Source of the DNA: a virus
Lineage: Duplodnaviria > Caudoviricetes
DNA: 29,354 bases
Direction: 5' to 3' (one strand)
Virus record (IMG/VR): IMGVR_UViG_3300032225_000733
Coordinates: 1-29,354 of that record
Each line of letters begins with the position of its first letter. Positions within the stretch are counted from its first letter, which is position 1. Shown piece by piece: positions 7,765 through 17,071 of this stretch. The translations under genes were made by a program, and so were the position numbers. Under the pieces are notes generated by a model, which saw only the letters and a list, made by a program, of their open reading frames with translations, made no database searches and was not told the DNA's origin.

Positions 7765-9472
7765 TACAGCAGAAGCACAACCGTATGTTGACCCTCGCCG
7801 TTTAGGTGAACCACCTCCTATGGCGCAACAGATTGCTGCGTTGAAACAACCGTCAGCAGTCAGACCAGCACCTTTGCCTATTGCGAAACAACCAAAACCG
7901 GCTGCTGCTGCCCCAGCACCACAAATTCCTACGCCAGAAGCGATGGCCAATGATCAAGGTTTTGTCCAGGGTTTGGGTAAAGCAACTCCTAAAGACTTGC
8001 CAACTCTTAGAGCAGAACAATTGTCTCTGGCCACAGCCGGTGCTAAAGAAGAAGGTCAAGCCAAAGTTGACGAAGCTACTGCGCTTGCCCGTGGTGAAAA
8101 ATCTCGCACAGAATTAATGCAAGACATGGCACAGCAACAAAAAGCGGCCATCGAACAGCACAAGAAAGACATTCAAGAGGCTTCTCCGTTTGCCCCATCA
8201 CCTGAAACCGCCAAAGACATTGCTGGATTGTTTAGTTTGATCAGCGTGGCGGCATTTGGTTCTGGCGGTAAGGGTAGATACGCTGGTATGCAAACTCTTG
8301 CTAGTTTGACTGGAGCAATGAAAGGCTACCAGGCTGGCCGTCAAGATGTGTATGAAAAAGACATTAAAGCATTTGAAGAAAACCTCAAAGTCTTGAAAAC
8401 ACACAATGACAAGGTAAATGCTTTGTTTGAAGATGCCATGAAGTTAATGGCAACTGACAAAGAATTAGGATTGCAGAAGATTCAACAAGTCATTGCTGAG
8501 GACAACACCGGCATAGCTGCACGTTTGGCACGTTCTGGCCAATACAAAGCATTGGGCGAAGCACTCAACACAGTCACTACTGCCTTGCAAACAGCGCAAG
8601 ACAAAATTGATCAACGCAAATTTGAATTTTCTAAGATTGATTACCAACAGAAAAAACAATTAGAAACATTTAGAGAAGAGAAAAAGTACGAAAAACCAGA
8701 ATTGTTATTTAATGATGCTGGTAAACCTTTCTACATTGATCCGTTGACCAAGAAAGTTGTTCCTTTTGAAGGCGGCATGGAAGGCATGAGAAAAACTCAA
8801 GCCAAAGCAACAGGGCCAATTGGCCCATCCGCATTCTTAAAAGACACCATTGGTAAATCATCTGGAGATGCCAAAACAGATAAAGAGATTGTTGGTCTTG
8901 CTAATGGCGTGTCTCAGATGGATCATGTCATTACCTTGTTTAGAGACCCAGATGTAAGAACTGGTGTGGTTTCTAAACTTGCTTCAATCAATGAAAAACT
9001 TAAATCTCTTGGTGACAATAATCATGAAATTTCTGATGAAGAGTTGAACAGTATTATTGATGGTTCAATAAGCCCACAAGCCAAAAATGCTGTTGCTCAA
9101 AAAGAAGCATTGTTTGCAGCATATACCGCAGAAAGAGAAATTGCTGGTGGACGCTTGTTGGTGTCTGTGGTCAAGCAAGCTGGTGGTGCATTAGACCCTA
9201 GCAACTACGAAAAACAAGGTTACCTAAATTTATTGTCCAAAAGACGCAATGAGATGGTCAAAGGTTTGCATGGTCAGTTAATATCTGATTCAGAAATTGC
9301 AAAGATGACTGCAAAAATAAATGATTTCAGAGCAGCAACTGGTGCGGTTCAACCTGTTGCCGAATCAAAACAAAAAGCAACGCCAGAAGAAATTAAAGCG
9401 TATGCTGATGAACATTTTCAAGGCAACCAAGAAAAAGCCAAATCCGATCTGAAGGCGAAAGGGTTTTTGTAA
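7757..9472 (+). CDS. putative internal virion / ejection protein
   Basis: 571 aa, helical A/K/Q-rich, with a short hydrophobic stretch (IAGLFSLISVAAFG). Operon position. Confidence 0.55.
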   Translation: MPDTAEAQPYVDPRRLGEPPPMAQQIAALKQPSAVRPAPLPIAKQPKPAAAAPAPQIPTPEAMANDQGFVQGLGKATPKDLPTLRAEQLSLATAGAKEEGQAKVDEATALARGEKSRTELMQDMAQQQKAAIEQHKKDIQEASPFAPSPETAKDIAGLFSLISVAAFGSGGKGRYAGMQTLASLTGAMKGYQAGRQDVYEKDIKAFEENLKVLKTHNDKVNALFEDAMKLMATDKELGLQKIQQVIAEDNTGIAARLARSGQYKALGEALNTVTTALQTAQDKIDQRKFEFSKIDYQQKKQLETFREEKKYEKPELLFNDAGKPFYIDPLTKKVVPFEGGMEGMRKTQAKATGPIGPSAFLKDTIGKSSGDAKTDKEIVGLANGVSQMDHVITLFRDPDVRTGVVSKLASINEKLKSLGDNNHEISDEELNSIIDGSISPQAKNAVAQKEALFAAYTAEREIAGGRLLVSVVKQAGGALDPSNYEKQGYLNLLSKRRNEMVKGLHGQLISDSEIAKMTAKINDFRAATGAVQPVAESKQKATPEEIKAYADEHFQGNQEKAKSDLKAKGFL

Positions 9473-11481
9473 TGGTTGATACATCTCGCTTTGGCAAACC
9501 AGAATCTAAGCCTGATACTTCAAGGTTTGGTAAACCTGATACTTCTAGATTTGGCAAACCCAAAACTAAGACAGAAGAACCTGGACTTGGTGAACATTTG
9601 TATGGTGGTGCGGTTGGTCTTGCTTCTGGTTTGATGGGTATTCCTGGCGACATTGAATCTCTAGGTACAACAGAAGAAGCAACTCCAGAACTACAAGCCC
9701 GTAGACAAATATTTCCACCGTCTTCTTACATAAAAAAACAATTTCCAGCACCAGCGCCTGGTACAGAAGCATCAGTAACTCTTGGTGAAAACATACCAGC
9801 AATTGCAAGCGGCGCAGGATTGGTTAAATCTCTTGCTGGGTACGGAGCAGGGAAATTAGCACCTTTGGCAAACAGACTGCTTGGTAAAGAATCGGCTGCG
9901 CTTGGTAAAGAAGCAGAGGCTTTAGGCCAAAAAGTCAAAGGACAAACTGCTGCTAGTGTTGCTGAAAGAGCAGCTGCTGAAACAAAAGCAGCCGAAGAAT
10001 CAGCCGCTAAAGCTAGAGAATTGCAGTCTCCCAAGAATGTAGAACTGCAAGCACAAAAAGATATATCAGAAGCAAAAGCTGCTGTATCTCAAAAACTAAT
10101 TGCTGAAAAGAATAAGACAAAAAAAGCAACAGACGATGCTTTGTCTAAACTTGGCAGTAAAGCCAATACAGAAGAAGAAGTGGGTGGTTTGATTCAGCCG
10201 CTTGGTAGAAGCAATGTAAAAAAATTGTCTGAAGTTAGGCAAGAAGAAGCCATTACCAAAACAAAAGACCCTGCTTTTGATAGAGCAAGAACTAAAGAAG
10301 CAGAAGGTCAACATATTGCTACTGATCCAAAATCACAGCCAATTTTGGAATCTGCATTTGCTGATCTTGAAACACAAATAAATAGAACAACTGAGCCTTT
10401 CAGAAGTCAATTGAAGGCAAGGTTACAGTCTTTAAAAGGTGAAGAAGTTCCGTTGTCTAAGGGCGAATTGAATGTCGAAAAGTTAAGAGAGACATCAATA
10501 CCTGGGTATGTTGCCAAAACAACCAAGCAAGAACCCATGACATTGGATCAAGCAGAGTTCATGAGAAGGATGCTGACCGACAAAAATTTGTCTGAGTCCA
10601 CTGGATTTGCTGCATTAGACATAGGCCGAAGAACAGACATTGCAAAAAAACTGTCTGCTGCCATGAAAGAATTTGAGCCTGGTGTTGGCGAGTATTTGAC
10701 AAAATACCAAGAAAGCTCTGCTCCCATCACAAAAGCATTGACAGGTCGTGGCGGTCAATTGACTGAAGCACAACAACTGGCAGAGCAGGAAGTTTTGTTT
10801 TCTGCCGACAAATCGGCTACTGCAAAGTATTATTTGGATGGAAGTCAAGAAAGAGCAGAACGCTTAATTGACCTTGTTGGTGGCAAACCTAAAGAATTGG
10901 TTGATTCAATTGCTGGCCTTGTGCGTGGCAAGATGGAAAAAATGAATGCCCAGCAAGCTGAAGAATTTATCAATCAAGGATTGTTCAAAGTATTTCCTGA
11001 GTTAAAAGCATCTGCAAACCAAGTTCTCAAAGCCAAGCAAGCCGAAGAAAAAGCCGCTTCATTGTTGAGCAAACAGGGTGCTGTAGGTGCAACTGGCGCT
11101 ACTGGACGGCTGGGGAAAGCTCTTGGCACTGAATCAAGCCTACAACAAAGATTGGCAAAATCATCCGAAGCCGCAGCAACCACTGCTGAAAAAGCACGGG
11201 AGTCTGCTACAAAATTTGAATCTTTTAACACCCATCTAGGCACATTGTCTGGCGAAGATTCTTTACGGCAGAGCAAACAATTTCTTACCGACATGGCCAA
11301 AGAAGGCAGAATTCCGCAAGACGCATACCAAAAATCTTTGCAAGAAATTCAACAAGCAGAAGAGGCTTATAAAAAGTACAAAGATGCCGATGCGCTAAAA
11401 AATAGTTTGCGTAGGGCTTTGACTTACAAGGCTTTGGCAACCACTGTTGGTGGCGGCACTGCTTACTATTTCACCCATTGA
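9472..11481 (+). CDS. putative large internal virion / ejection protein
   Basis: 669 aa, A/K/E-rich helical. N-terminal DTSRFGKP repeats. Last of the large cluster. Confidence 0.55.
   Translation: MVDTSRFGKPESKPDTSRFGKPDTSRFGKPKTKTEEPGLGEHLYGGAVGLASGLMGIPGDIESLGTTEEATPELQARRQIFPPSSYIKKQFPAPAPGTEASVTLGENIPAIASGAGLVKSLAGYGAGKLAPLANRLLGKESAALGKEAEALGQKVKGQTAASVAERAAAETKAAEESAAKARELQSPKNVELQAQKDISEAKAAVSQKLIAEKNKTKKATDDALSKLGSKANTEEEVGGLIQPLGRSNVKKLSEVRQEEAITKTKDPAFDRARTKEAEGQHIATDPKSQPILESAFADLETQINRTTEPFRSQLKARLQSLKGEEVPLSKGELNVEKLRETSIPGYVAKTTKQEPMTLDQAEFMRRMLTDKNLSESTGFAALDIGRRTDIAKKLSAAMKEFEPGVGEYLTKYQESSAPITKALTGRGGQLTEAQQLAEQEVLFSADKSATAKYYLDGSQERAERLIDLVGGKPKELVDSIAGLVRGKMEKMNAQQAEEFINQGLFKVFPELKASANQVLKAKQAEEKAASLLSKQGAVGATGATGRLGKALGTESSLQQRLAKSSEAAATTAEKARESATKFESFNTHLGTLSGEDSLRQSKQFLTDMAKEGRIPQDAYQKSLQEIQQAEEAYKKYKDADALKNSLRRALTYKALATTVGGGTAYYFTH
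9478..9561 (+). repeat. coding repeat, 3x DTSRFGKP
   Basis: gatacatctcgctttggcaaacca / gatacttcaaggtttggtaaacct / gatacttctagatttggcaaaccc: identical peptide with divergent synonymous codons. Confidence 0.9.
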
Positions 11482-11488
11482 GGATTGC

Positions 11489-11701
11489 ATGAGCAAGAAA
11501 AAACAACTTGGTATTGATCCTGCGCTTGAAAAAGCCATTGCCAAACTGCTGGAAGAAACGATCAATGACCAGACTGCCAGCTTGACCGACAAGATGAAGA
11601 TCATCGACCGCAGTTTGAAATTGGAAGCTCTGAAGCTCAAAGTCAGCGATGACGCATGGGGCAGCGGCTTCTTTGGAGAAGATGACGATAGTGAAACATA
11701 A
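11489..11701 (+). CDS. hypothetical protein
   Basis: ATG11489 preceded by GAGGA. 70 aa with an acidic tail (GSGFFGEDDDSET). Confidence 0.7.
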   Translation: MSKKKQLGIDPALEKAIAKLLEETINDQTASLTDKMKIIDRSLKLEALKLKVSDDAWGSGFFGEDDDSET

Positions 11702-11728
11702 CGATATACTCAGGCTTTTTTAAGGGGG

Positions 11729-11983
11729 ATGATCATGGAACAAAAAGTAGCTGCTCTTTTATCGTTGGCGTTAGCGGTAATTACCGACAGGTTGTTGACA
11801 ATCGTTGCGTTAGGGATGACATTTGCCCTGGCAACATGGATAATGAACAATCCTGACTGGTTAAGACTGTGCGCTTTTGGATTCTTCTGTGTCAGTGTGT
11901 TTCTGCCTGTTCTATACAAGGAGCGTAAACGTGAACAAACTATTCCAAACCCAGTGCCTGTACAAGGAAATGACGCATTCTAA
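11729..11983 (+). CDS. small membrane protein (2-3 TM)
   Basis: AAGGGGG upstream. Hydrophobic segments LLTIVALGMTFALATWIM and LCAFGFFCVSVFLPVLY. Confidence 0.7.
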   Translation: MIMEQKVAALLSLALAVITDRLLTIVALGMTFALATWIMNNPDWLRLCAFGFFCVSVFLPVLYKERKREQTIPNPVPVQGNDAF

Positions 11984-12194
11984 GGATGCAACTTTTCGTG
12001 CCGGTGATAACCGTGTTCCTGTAGACGGCACACTTCAATACCGGTGGGCTGACAGTATGTCCACCCTGCGCCCTGAGACTGGCCGCAACTTCATGGAAAC
12101 CAAGGGTGTCTTCAAAGACAAGCACCCCACCAATCCAGATGCCAGCCCGTTCTACATGACCGGCGGCACAAAACGCAGCCATCCGCAGGAGTAA
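11970..12194 (+). CDS. hypothetical protein
   Basis: ATG11970 preceded by AAGGA. 74 aa. Ends 3 nt before the next gene. Confidence 0.6.
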   Translation: MTHSKDATFRAGDNRVPVDGTLQYRWADSMSTLRPETGRNFMETKGVFKDKHPTNPDASPFYMTGGTKRSHPQE

Positions 12195-12197
12195 TCA

Positions 12198-14843
12198 ATG
12201 GCAAATATTACATCTTTTGCTCCCGCCCCAATCAGCCAGGCCAATGGCCAAGCAATAACCCAAGCCAACCAACGCTCTGGTGCTTACGATGCTGTGGACA
12301 AGCTGCGGGTCAGCACACCCCAATCTCTGATCGACACTGACTTTGAATATGGTCAACAGTCCTCAAAATGGGAACAAGTTGCGCTGCAACAAAACCGTCA
12401 GTCCTGCTATTACCTGACCAACACGCCTTTGCAAGTCACTGCCATTGCTGGCAACCAGACAAACAAGTATCAGTTGGTGATCACTACCAGTAATAACACT
12501 ACGATTCCTACAGGCACACCCATTTTCATTCAAGACCCGTTGGATGCCAATGCCGGTGGTTGGGGACTTGTGACCACTGCTTCTAGCGCCAGCACCACAT
12601 TCACGGTGACAATGGGTTCACAGACCACAACGTCAATTTGCTGGTCAGCCACTGCCACTTACGTGTACCAAGGCTATTTCTATAGCCAGTGCGGCATCTC
12701 TTTGGGCATCACCACTGCATTCACATTCACTGGCTCAACAGTAACTTGCGTGACCGCATACCCGCACGGTCTGTCTGTTGGTTCACTCATCTTTGTGACC
12801 GGCACAACAGGGCCATCTACTGCCACACAGATCAATTCACCGCAGACCGTGGCAACTGTGACTGATGCCAAGACATTCACGTTCACCAACGTCAATGGCA
12901 CACCGTCTACAACCATTACCAACGTGGCCAACAACACCACGCTGTATGCCCGTCCTGCTGGTTTTGTGGACTGCCATGCTTATGATGGCTCAGTCAACTT
13001 TACTGCTGGCGCTGCTGTGCCAAACTCAATCCTGTTCCGTCAGACTCGCCGGTATTTCCGCTACCAGTCTGGCAAAGGCATTCAGTTCTCGACCGGCTCG
13101 ATGTTGGCTCCTCAGATTCAAACACCGACTCTGACAGCCTCTGGTTACACGGTTACAGTGACGACCAAGACACCACACTTGTTGGCCATCAACACGTATG
13201 TCAAAGTCACTGGTGCTGATCAGACCATCTACAACGGCACATTCTTGGTTCAGTCTGTTCCCTCTCCCACAACCTTTACCTACTTCACAGCAGGTAATGT
13301 CGTGCCAACAGTGACAACTGAAACGTCTACAACGCCCAATATCTTGCACGTTAGCCCTATCAATTGGTGGGGAAGTAGCAACAAGATTGGTTTTTTTGAC
13401 CAACAAAACGGCTTCTTTTTTCAGTACGATGGCCAGCAGTTGTATGCGGTCTTGCGTAACAGTATCAACCAAATCACCGGCACAGTATCTGTGACCAAAG
13501 GTGATGCCACTGTGACCGGCTCTGGTACACAATTTACAACCAATCTTTTGGTTGGCGATTACATTGTGATTCGTGGCCAGTCTTACAAAGTGTTGACCAT
13601 CACAAGTGACACGCAACTCTATATCACTCCTGAGTACAGAGGCGCAACGATTGCCAACGCCATTGTGTCCCGCACTATTGATACCAAAGTGCCGCAGTCT
13701 CAGTGGTATGACACGTTGGATGGAAGCAACAGTTTTGCCAATCCATCTGGTTATGCGCTTGATCTGACCAAAATTCAGATGTGGTACATCGACTATTCTT
13801 GGTACGGTGCTGGCGCTGTCCGATTTGGTATCCGTACTGTTGGCGGTGCAATTAACTATGTCTACACATTCCAGAACAACAACGTGCAGTACACGGCTTA
13901 CTTGCGTTCTGGTAACTTGTGCAGCCACTATGAACAAAACAATGAAGTACCTGTGACTAACCTGTTAGCAAGCATTGGAACAGGCGATTCAACACTTTAT
14001 GTCGGCAGCACACAGAGTTTCAACCCTGCTGGTGGCTCTGCGATCATTCGTGGTAACGGCACGGCTGGTGTGGTCGAGTACATCAAGTACACAGGACTGA
14101 CTCCTACCAGCTTGATTGGCGTGACCAGAGGACAGACTGGTGGTGCGGCTGCGACTGCATTCACCTATTCAGCTACTGCGCCTGTGACAGTGGAATACTC
14201 TTCTCCTGACACGGCAGCACTGTTGTCTCACTGGGGTTCGTCAGTTGTGATGGATGGAGGCTTCACAGCAGATGCGTCAGCCATTTACAACTACGGCATG
14301 ACCACTGCGTTGACCAGCCCGAACTCTACGGCTGCTGTGCCGATCATGGCCATCCGTCTTGCTCCATCTGTGGACAACGGCACGACTGGCTTGTTTGGTG
14401 TCAAAGAGATCATCAACAGATTGCAGGTTCAGTTTCGTGAGATTGCTGTAGTGACCAACGTCACATATTTGATTCAATTGATTTTGAACGGCGTACCGTC
14501 AGGATTTTCTGGATCGTTTGGTAACGTGGCTCAATCAGGTACAACCACAGATTCGATTTCACAAATAGCGGTGAACACTACAAACACAATAACGATCACT
14601 GGTGGTACATCCATTGCGGCTTTCTACAGCAACACTGGTGGGCAGACCACGTATGACCTGTCATACATTGCGCCAACAGGTAATGCGGCTTTGGGTGGCG
14701 GTACGTCTAACACTGTGCCAACCAGCCAAGCTAACTTCTACCCTGATGGTCCTGACATTGTGTATGTGGTTGCTAGCTCAACAATTGCCGGTGCGAGTAA
14801 TACAGTTCTTGCTCGTTTAAACTGGGTGGAGTCTCAAGCATAA
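12198..14843 (+). CDS. large beta-rich virion structural protein (tail fibre/spike-like)
   Basis: 881 aa, Thr/Gly-rich. KLRVSTPQSLIDTDFEYG.Q..KWE start, repeated T..PHGL..G..I.V.G modules, RQTRRYFRYQSGKG and IDYSWYGAG motifs seen in phage structural proteins. SD AGGAG upstream. Confidence 0.65.
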   Translation: MANITSFAPAPISQANGQAITQANQRSGAYDAVDKLRVSTPQSLIDTDFEYGQQSSKWEQVALQQNRQSCYYLTNTPLQVTAIAGNQTNKYQLVITTSNNTTIPTGTPIFIQDPLDANAGGWGLVTTASSASTTFTVTMGSQTTTSICWSATATYVYQGYFYSQCGISLGITTAFTFTGSTVTCVTAYPHGLSVGSLIFVTGTTGPSTATQINSPQTVATVTDAKTFTFTNVNGTPSTTITNVANNTTLYARPAGFVDCHAYDGSVNFTAGAAVPNSILFRQTRRYFRYQSGKGIQFSTGSMLAPQIQTPTLTASGYTVTVTTKTPHLLAINTYVKVTGADQTIYNGTFLVQSVPSPTTFTYFTAGNVVPTVTTETSTTPNILHVSPINWWGSSNKIGFFDQQNGFFFQYDGQQLYAVLRNSINQITGTVSVTKGDATVTGSGTQFTTNLLVGDYIVIRGQSYKVLTITSDTQLYITPEYRGATIANAIVSRTIDTKVPQSQWYDTLDGSNSFANPSGYALDLTKIQMWYIDYSWYGAGAVRFGIRTVGGAINYVYTFQNNNVQYTAYLRSGNLCSHYEQNNEVPVTNLLASIGTGDSTLYVGSTQSFNPAGGSAIIRGNGTAGVVEYIKYTGLTPTSLIGVTRGQTGGAAATAFTYSATAPVTVEYSSPDTAALLSHWGSSVVMDGGFTADASAIYNYGMTTALTSPNSTAAVPIMAIRLAPSVDNGTTGLFGVKEIINRLQVQFREIAVVTNVTYLIQLILNGVPSGFSGSFGNVAQSGTTTDSISQIAVNTTNTITITGGTSIAAFYSNTGGQTTYDLSYIAPTGNAALGGGTSNTVPTSQANFYPDGPDIVYVVASSTIAGASNTVLARLNWVESQA

Positions 14844-14973
14844 AGTTCTTACTGTCTGCGAATCCTGCGTTGTACCCAGCAACGTAGGCTTCAGTCACGA
14901 TACGTCTAAAATCCTCAAGACGTATTTGTTGGTCTTGGCTGATTTTCTCCAGCCCCATATCTGAATTCTCCAT
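14773..14973 (-). CDS. possible small hypothetical protein
   Basis: EAYVAGYNAGF motif is typical of small phage proteins, but the ORF overlaps both neighbours. Confidence 0.3.
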   Translation of the reverse strand: MENSDMGLEKISQDQQIRLEDFRRIVTEAYVAGYNAGFADSKNFMLETPPSLNEQELYYSHRQLLS

Positions 14974-15215
14974 CCTGCTTCCCTTACTTTTGGCAGCAAA
15001 TCGCTGGCCATAATCTTCTTGAGTCGCTCTGAAACCCCGCTTGCAGTTGCCTGTATAGCGAGGGTCTCATCCCGTTTGATTGCCAGGATGTCGATAAAAC
15101 CAAACAAGTCTTGTCTGATCCTGGCGTGTGGATTCCATTTTTCCACGATTGCCACGGTGTAGCCCTGCTCTCGCAGGACTTCCAACGTACGGCTGGTGGG
15201 AGACTCTTTAGCCAT
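14895..15215 (-). CDS. PD-(D/E)xK nuclease (Holliday-junction resolvase / VRR-NUC-like)
   Basis: LREQGYTV.IVE.W...R.DLFGFIDILAI.....AIQAT. Located at the end of the recombination operon. Confidence 0.7.
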   Translation of the reverse strand: MAKESPTSRTLEVLREQGYTVAIVEKWNPHARIRQDLFGFIDILAIKRDETLAIQATASGVSERLKKIMASDLLPKVREAGWRIQIWGWRKSAKTNKYVLRILDVS

Positions 15216-15556
15216 CAGAACGGCACATCGTCATCGTCAACACGAATCTTGCTGTGCATCGGGGCAGGTTTGTTAAGGCCAAAGGTGCGAGGCTGGATTT
15301 CCTTTGGTCTGTCCTTTTCCTGCTCCTTGAGTTCATTTTGCTTCTTACTCCAGTTGTCCTCACGCAACGACAGCAGGGTAAAACCAGATGAAGTCTCCTT
15401 CGTCCAGATGCCAAACTTGACCTTCTCACCGGCTTTGTAATCCATCTCCAAGGTGATGAATCCTGTGTACTCAGGTGCTTTGTCTGACCTGCGCTTCTCT
15501 GGTGGATCGTAGTATGCAACACCTGTGCCTGGTCTTGGTTGATGTGGGTCTGCCAT
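15215..15556 (-). CDS. putative single-stranded DNA-binding protein
   Basis: K.SDKAPEYTG.I motif and an acidic SSB-type C-terminus DDDDVPF. Confidence 0.65.
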   Translation of the reverse strand: MADPHQPRPGTGVAYYDPPEKRRSDKAPEYTGFITLEMDYKAGEKVKFGIWTKETSSGFTLLSLREDNWSKKQNELKEQEKDRPKEIQPRTFGLNKPAPMHSKIRVDDDDVPF

Positions 15557-15558
15557 GA

Positions 15559-16080
15559 TTACTCCTTGATTTTATTAATGTTAAATGTGTCAGACATTAT
15601 TTCGGCATAGTCAAAATGTTTGCCAAAGCAATCTGAGAAATGGATTTCTTCAGCAGAAAATCCCTCTATCCCCTTATCATATACAAAGCATTTTTTAGGA
15701 ATGCTGATCTGATTTTTAAGGAATGATATGCCTTTGCTGGTGACTTGCCATAGACCATCTGACTTCTTTGTCTTGTCTTCAGACTTGTCTACCTTGACGA
15801 TCAGACCCCAGTGCTGCAGGGCAGGGTAAGTTCTGCTCTTGACGATCCACAGGGGTGCGTTGTCAGTGATCTTCACAAACCCGTTGTCGTTGACTGGCTG
15901 GCGGGAAAGCCACAGCAAAGACAGCGCCATGTTCTCAGTCAGGCTGACAGCATTGATCTTGCCCCAACGATCACAGCAAGGGCAGTGGCCGCCTTCGTTC
16001 TCAATGGTTGTGCGCCAATTGCTGCGAATTGCATCCAGCGCCGCCTCCCCAAAAAAATCCAGTTGTTTCATGAAGCTCAT
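15559..16080 (-). CDS. hypothetical protein (CPCC Zn-knuckle + winged-helix-like)
   Basis: Start MSFMKQ in ATGA overlap with the upstream stop. GGHCPCCDRW and L.HWGLI...SDGLWQVTSKG. Confidence 0.65.
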   Translation of the reverse strand: MSFMKQLDFFGEAALDAIRSNWRTTIENEGGHCPCCDRWGKINAVSLTENMALSLLWLSRQPVNDNGFVKITDNAPLWIVKSRTYPALQHWGLIVKVDKSEDKTKKSDGLWQVTSKGISFLKNQISIPKKCFVYDKGIEGFSAEEIHFSDCFGKHFDYAEIMSDTFNINKIKE

Positions 16081-16838
16081 GGCTGCACCTCCACAGGGAT
16101 GAGTTTGGCCAACAAGGTAGCGTTGCACTCCTCAAGAGACAAGATACGCTCTTCTTTGCCTTCTTCTGTCAGCTTGGGAGACTTCTGAATCTTCTCCAGC
16201 ATTGCGTTGAAACCATCCAGCCATTCCTCCATCGTGGCGTAGCTGGCATAGGCTTCCTCTGAACCTGGGATCATCAAAGGGTATGGCAGTTCTTTAGGGA
16301 TCGGTGCGTCCTCAACGTGTAGTACTGTGTCCACCCGTTCCGCTGTACCCATGTGTTTCGTCTTTGGTTCAAAATCTTGTACCTCTTCTGGCGTGTAGAC
16401 ACCGACGACACAGCCTGGAAACACGGCACGAATGCCTTCCGATATAGTTCTTGCACGTAGCATTGCTCTTGGATACTTCGACCAATTGTCCTTGTTGGCA
16501 ATCCCGATCCTTTTAGCTTGAGCAAGAGACCAACCGAGTTCAAGTGTGCCGCCTTGCGGGTGGCTGAATACCCCTGTAACTTGTTCATCTGTGTATTCCT
16601 TCCAAACTACTGAACCACCGGCTGCTTGAAACCTGGCCAGCATTGCGTCTGCTTTGAGGGCTGGGCGGCCTTGGATGACATGGTAGTCACGCATGGCCAC
16701 GGCTGGGTGCATGTTCTCGCCTTGGCACAAAAGCATGATTGCCAGTGCTTCTTGCGTGTTCTTGAAGCCAAACATCTTGGAGGATGCTGCGACCTCTGCC
16801 ATCTGCTGCATGTCGTTGTAGGGGATGATGTTGCTCAT
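16077..16838 (-). CDS. RecT/Redbeta-like ssDNA annealing recombinase
   Basis: HVIQGRPALKADAMLA, A.RIG...KDNW.KYPRAML.AR.IS.GIR.VFP....GVYTPEE motifs. Downstream of YqaJ. Confidence 0.8.
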   Translation of the reverse strand: MSNIIPYNDMQQMAEVAASSKMFGFKNTQEALAIMLLCQGENMHPAVAMRDYHVIQGRPALKADAMLARFQAAGGSVVWKEYTDEQVTGVFSHPQGGTLELGWSLAQAKRIGIANKDNWSKYPRAMLRARTISEGIRAVFPGCVVGVYTPEEVQDFEPKTKHMGTAERVDTVLHVEDAPIPKELPYPLMIPGSEEAYASYATMEEWLDGFNAMLEKIQKSPKLTEEGKEERILSLEECNATLLAKLIPVEVQP

Positions 16839-17068
16839 GATGTGCCTTTCATTGGTTTGCGACCAGGCTTTTGGCGTGGTGTCCCGTCTTGGTTGAACCC
16901 GTAGCGTTCATCTGTTTTCATCTGACGTACGTCTTTTTGCAAGTTCTTGAAGTCAACATGAGTCAGTTGGTGTAAACGCATCGTCTGTATTTCTAAGCGC
17001 TGGTTCAACCGTTCAACAGTAAATCTTAATTGCTCAAGTTCTTGTTTGTGTTTGCTTGTGTAAAACAT
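16835..17068 (-). CDS. hypothetical protein with AT-hook-like tail
   Basis: 77 aa. Coiled coil followed by YGFNQDGTPRQKPGRKP. Confidence 0.65.
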   Translation of the reverse strand: MFYTSKHKQELEQLRFTVERLNQRLEIQTMRLHQLTHVDFKNLQKDVRQMKTDERYGFNQDGTPRQKPGRKPMKGTS

Positions 17069-17071
17069 TAC

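Noticed and set aside
13026-13937. 303-aa antisense ORF (and other antisense ORFs such as 6499-7170, 4663-5166, 25069-25491)
   Set aside because: Shadow frames of long plus-strand genes, with no SD or motifs.
15208-15522. 104-aa ORF overlapping the SSB-like gene on the same strand
   Set aside because: The alternative frame lacks protein-like features, while the SSB-like frame has the DDDDVPF tail and coupled start/stop.
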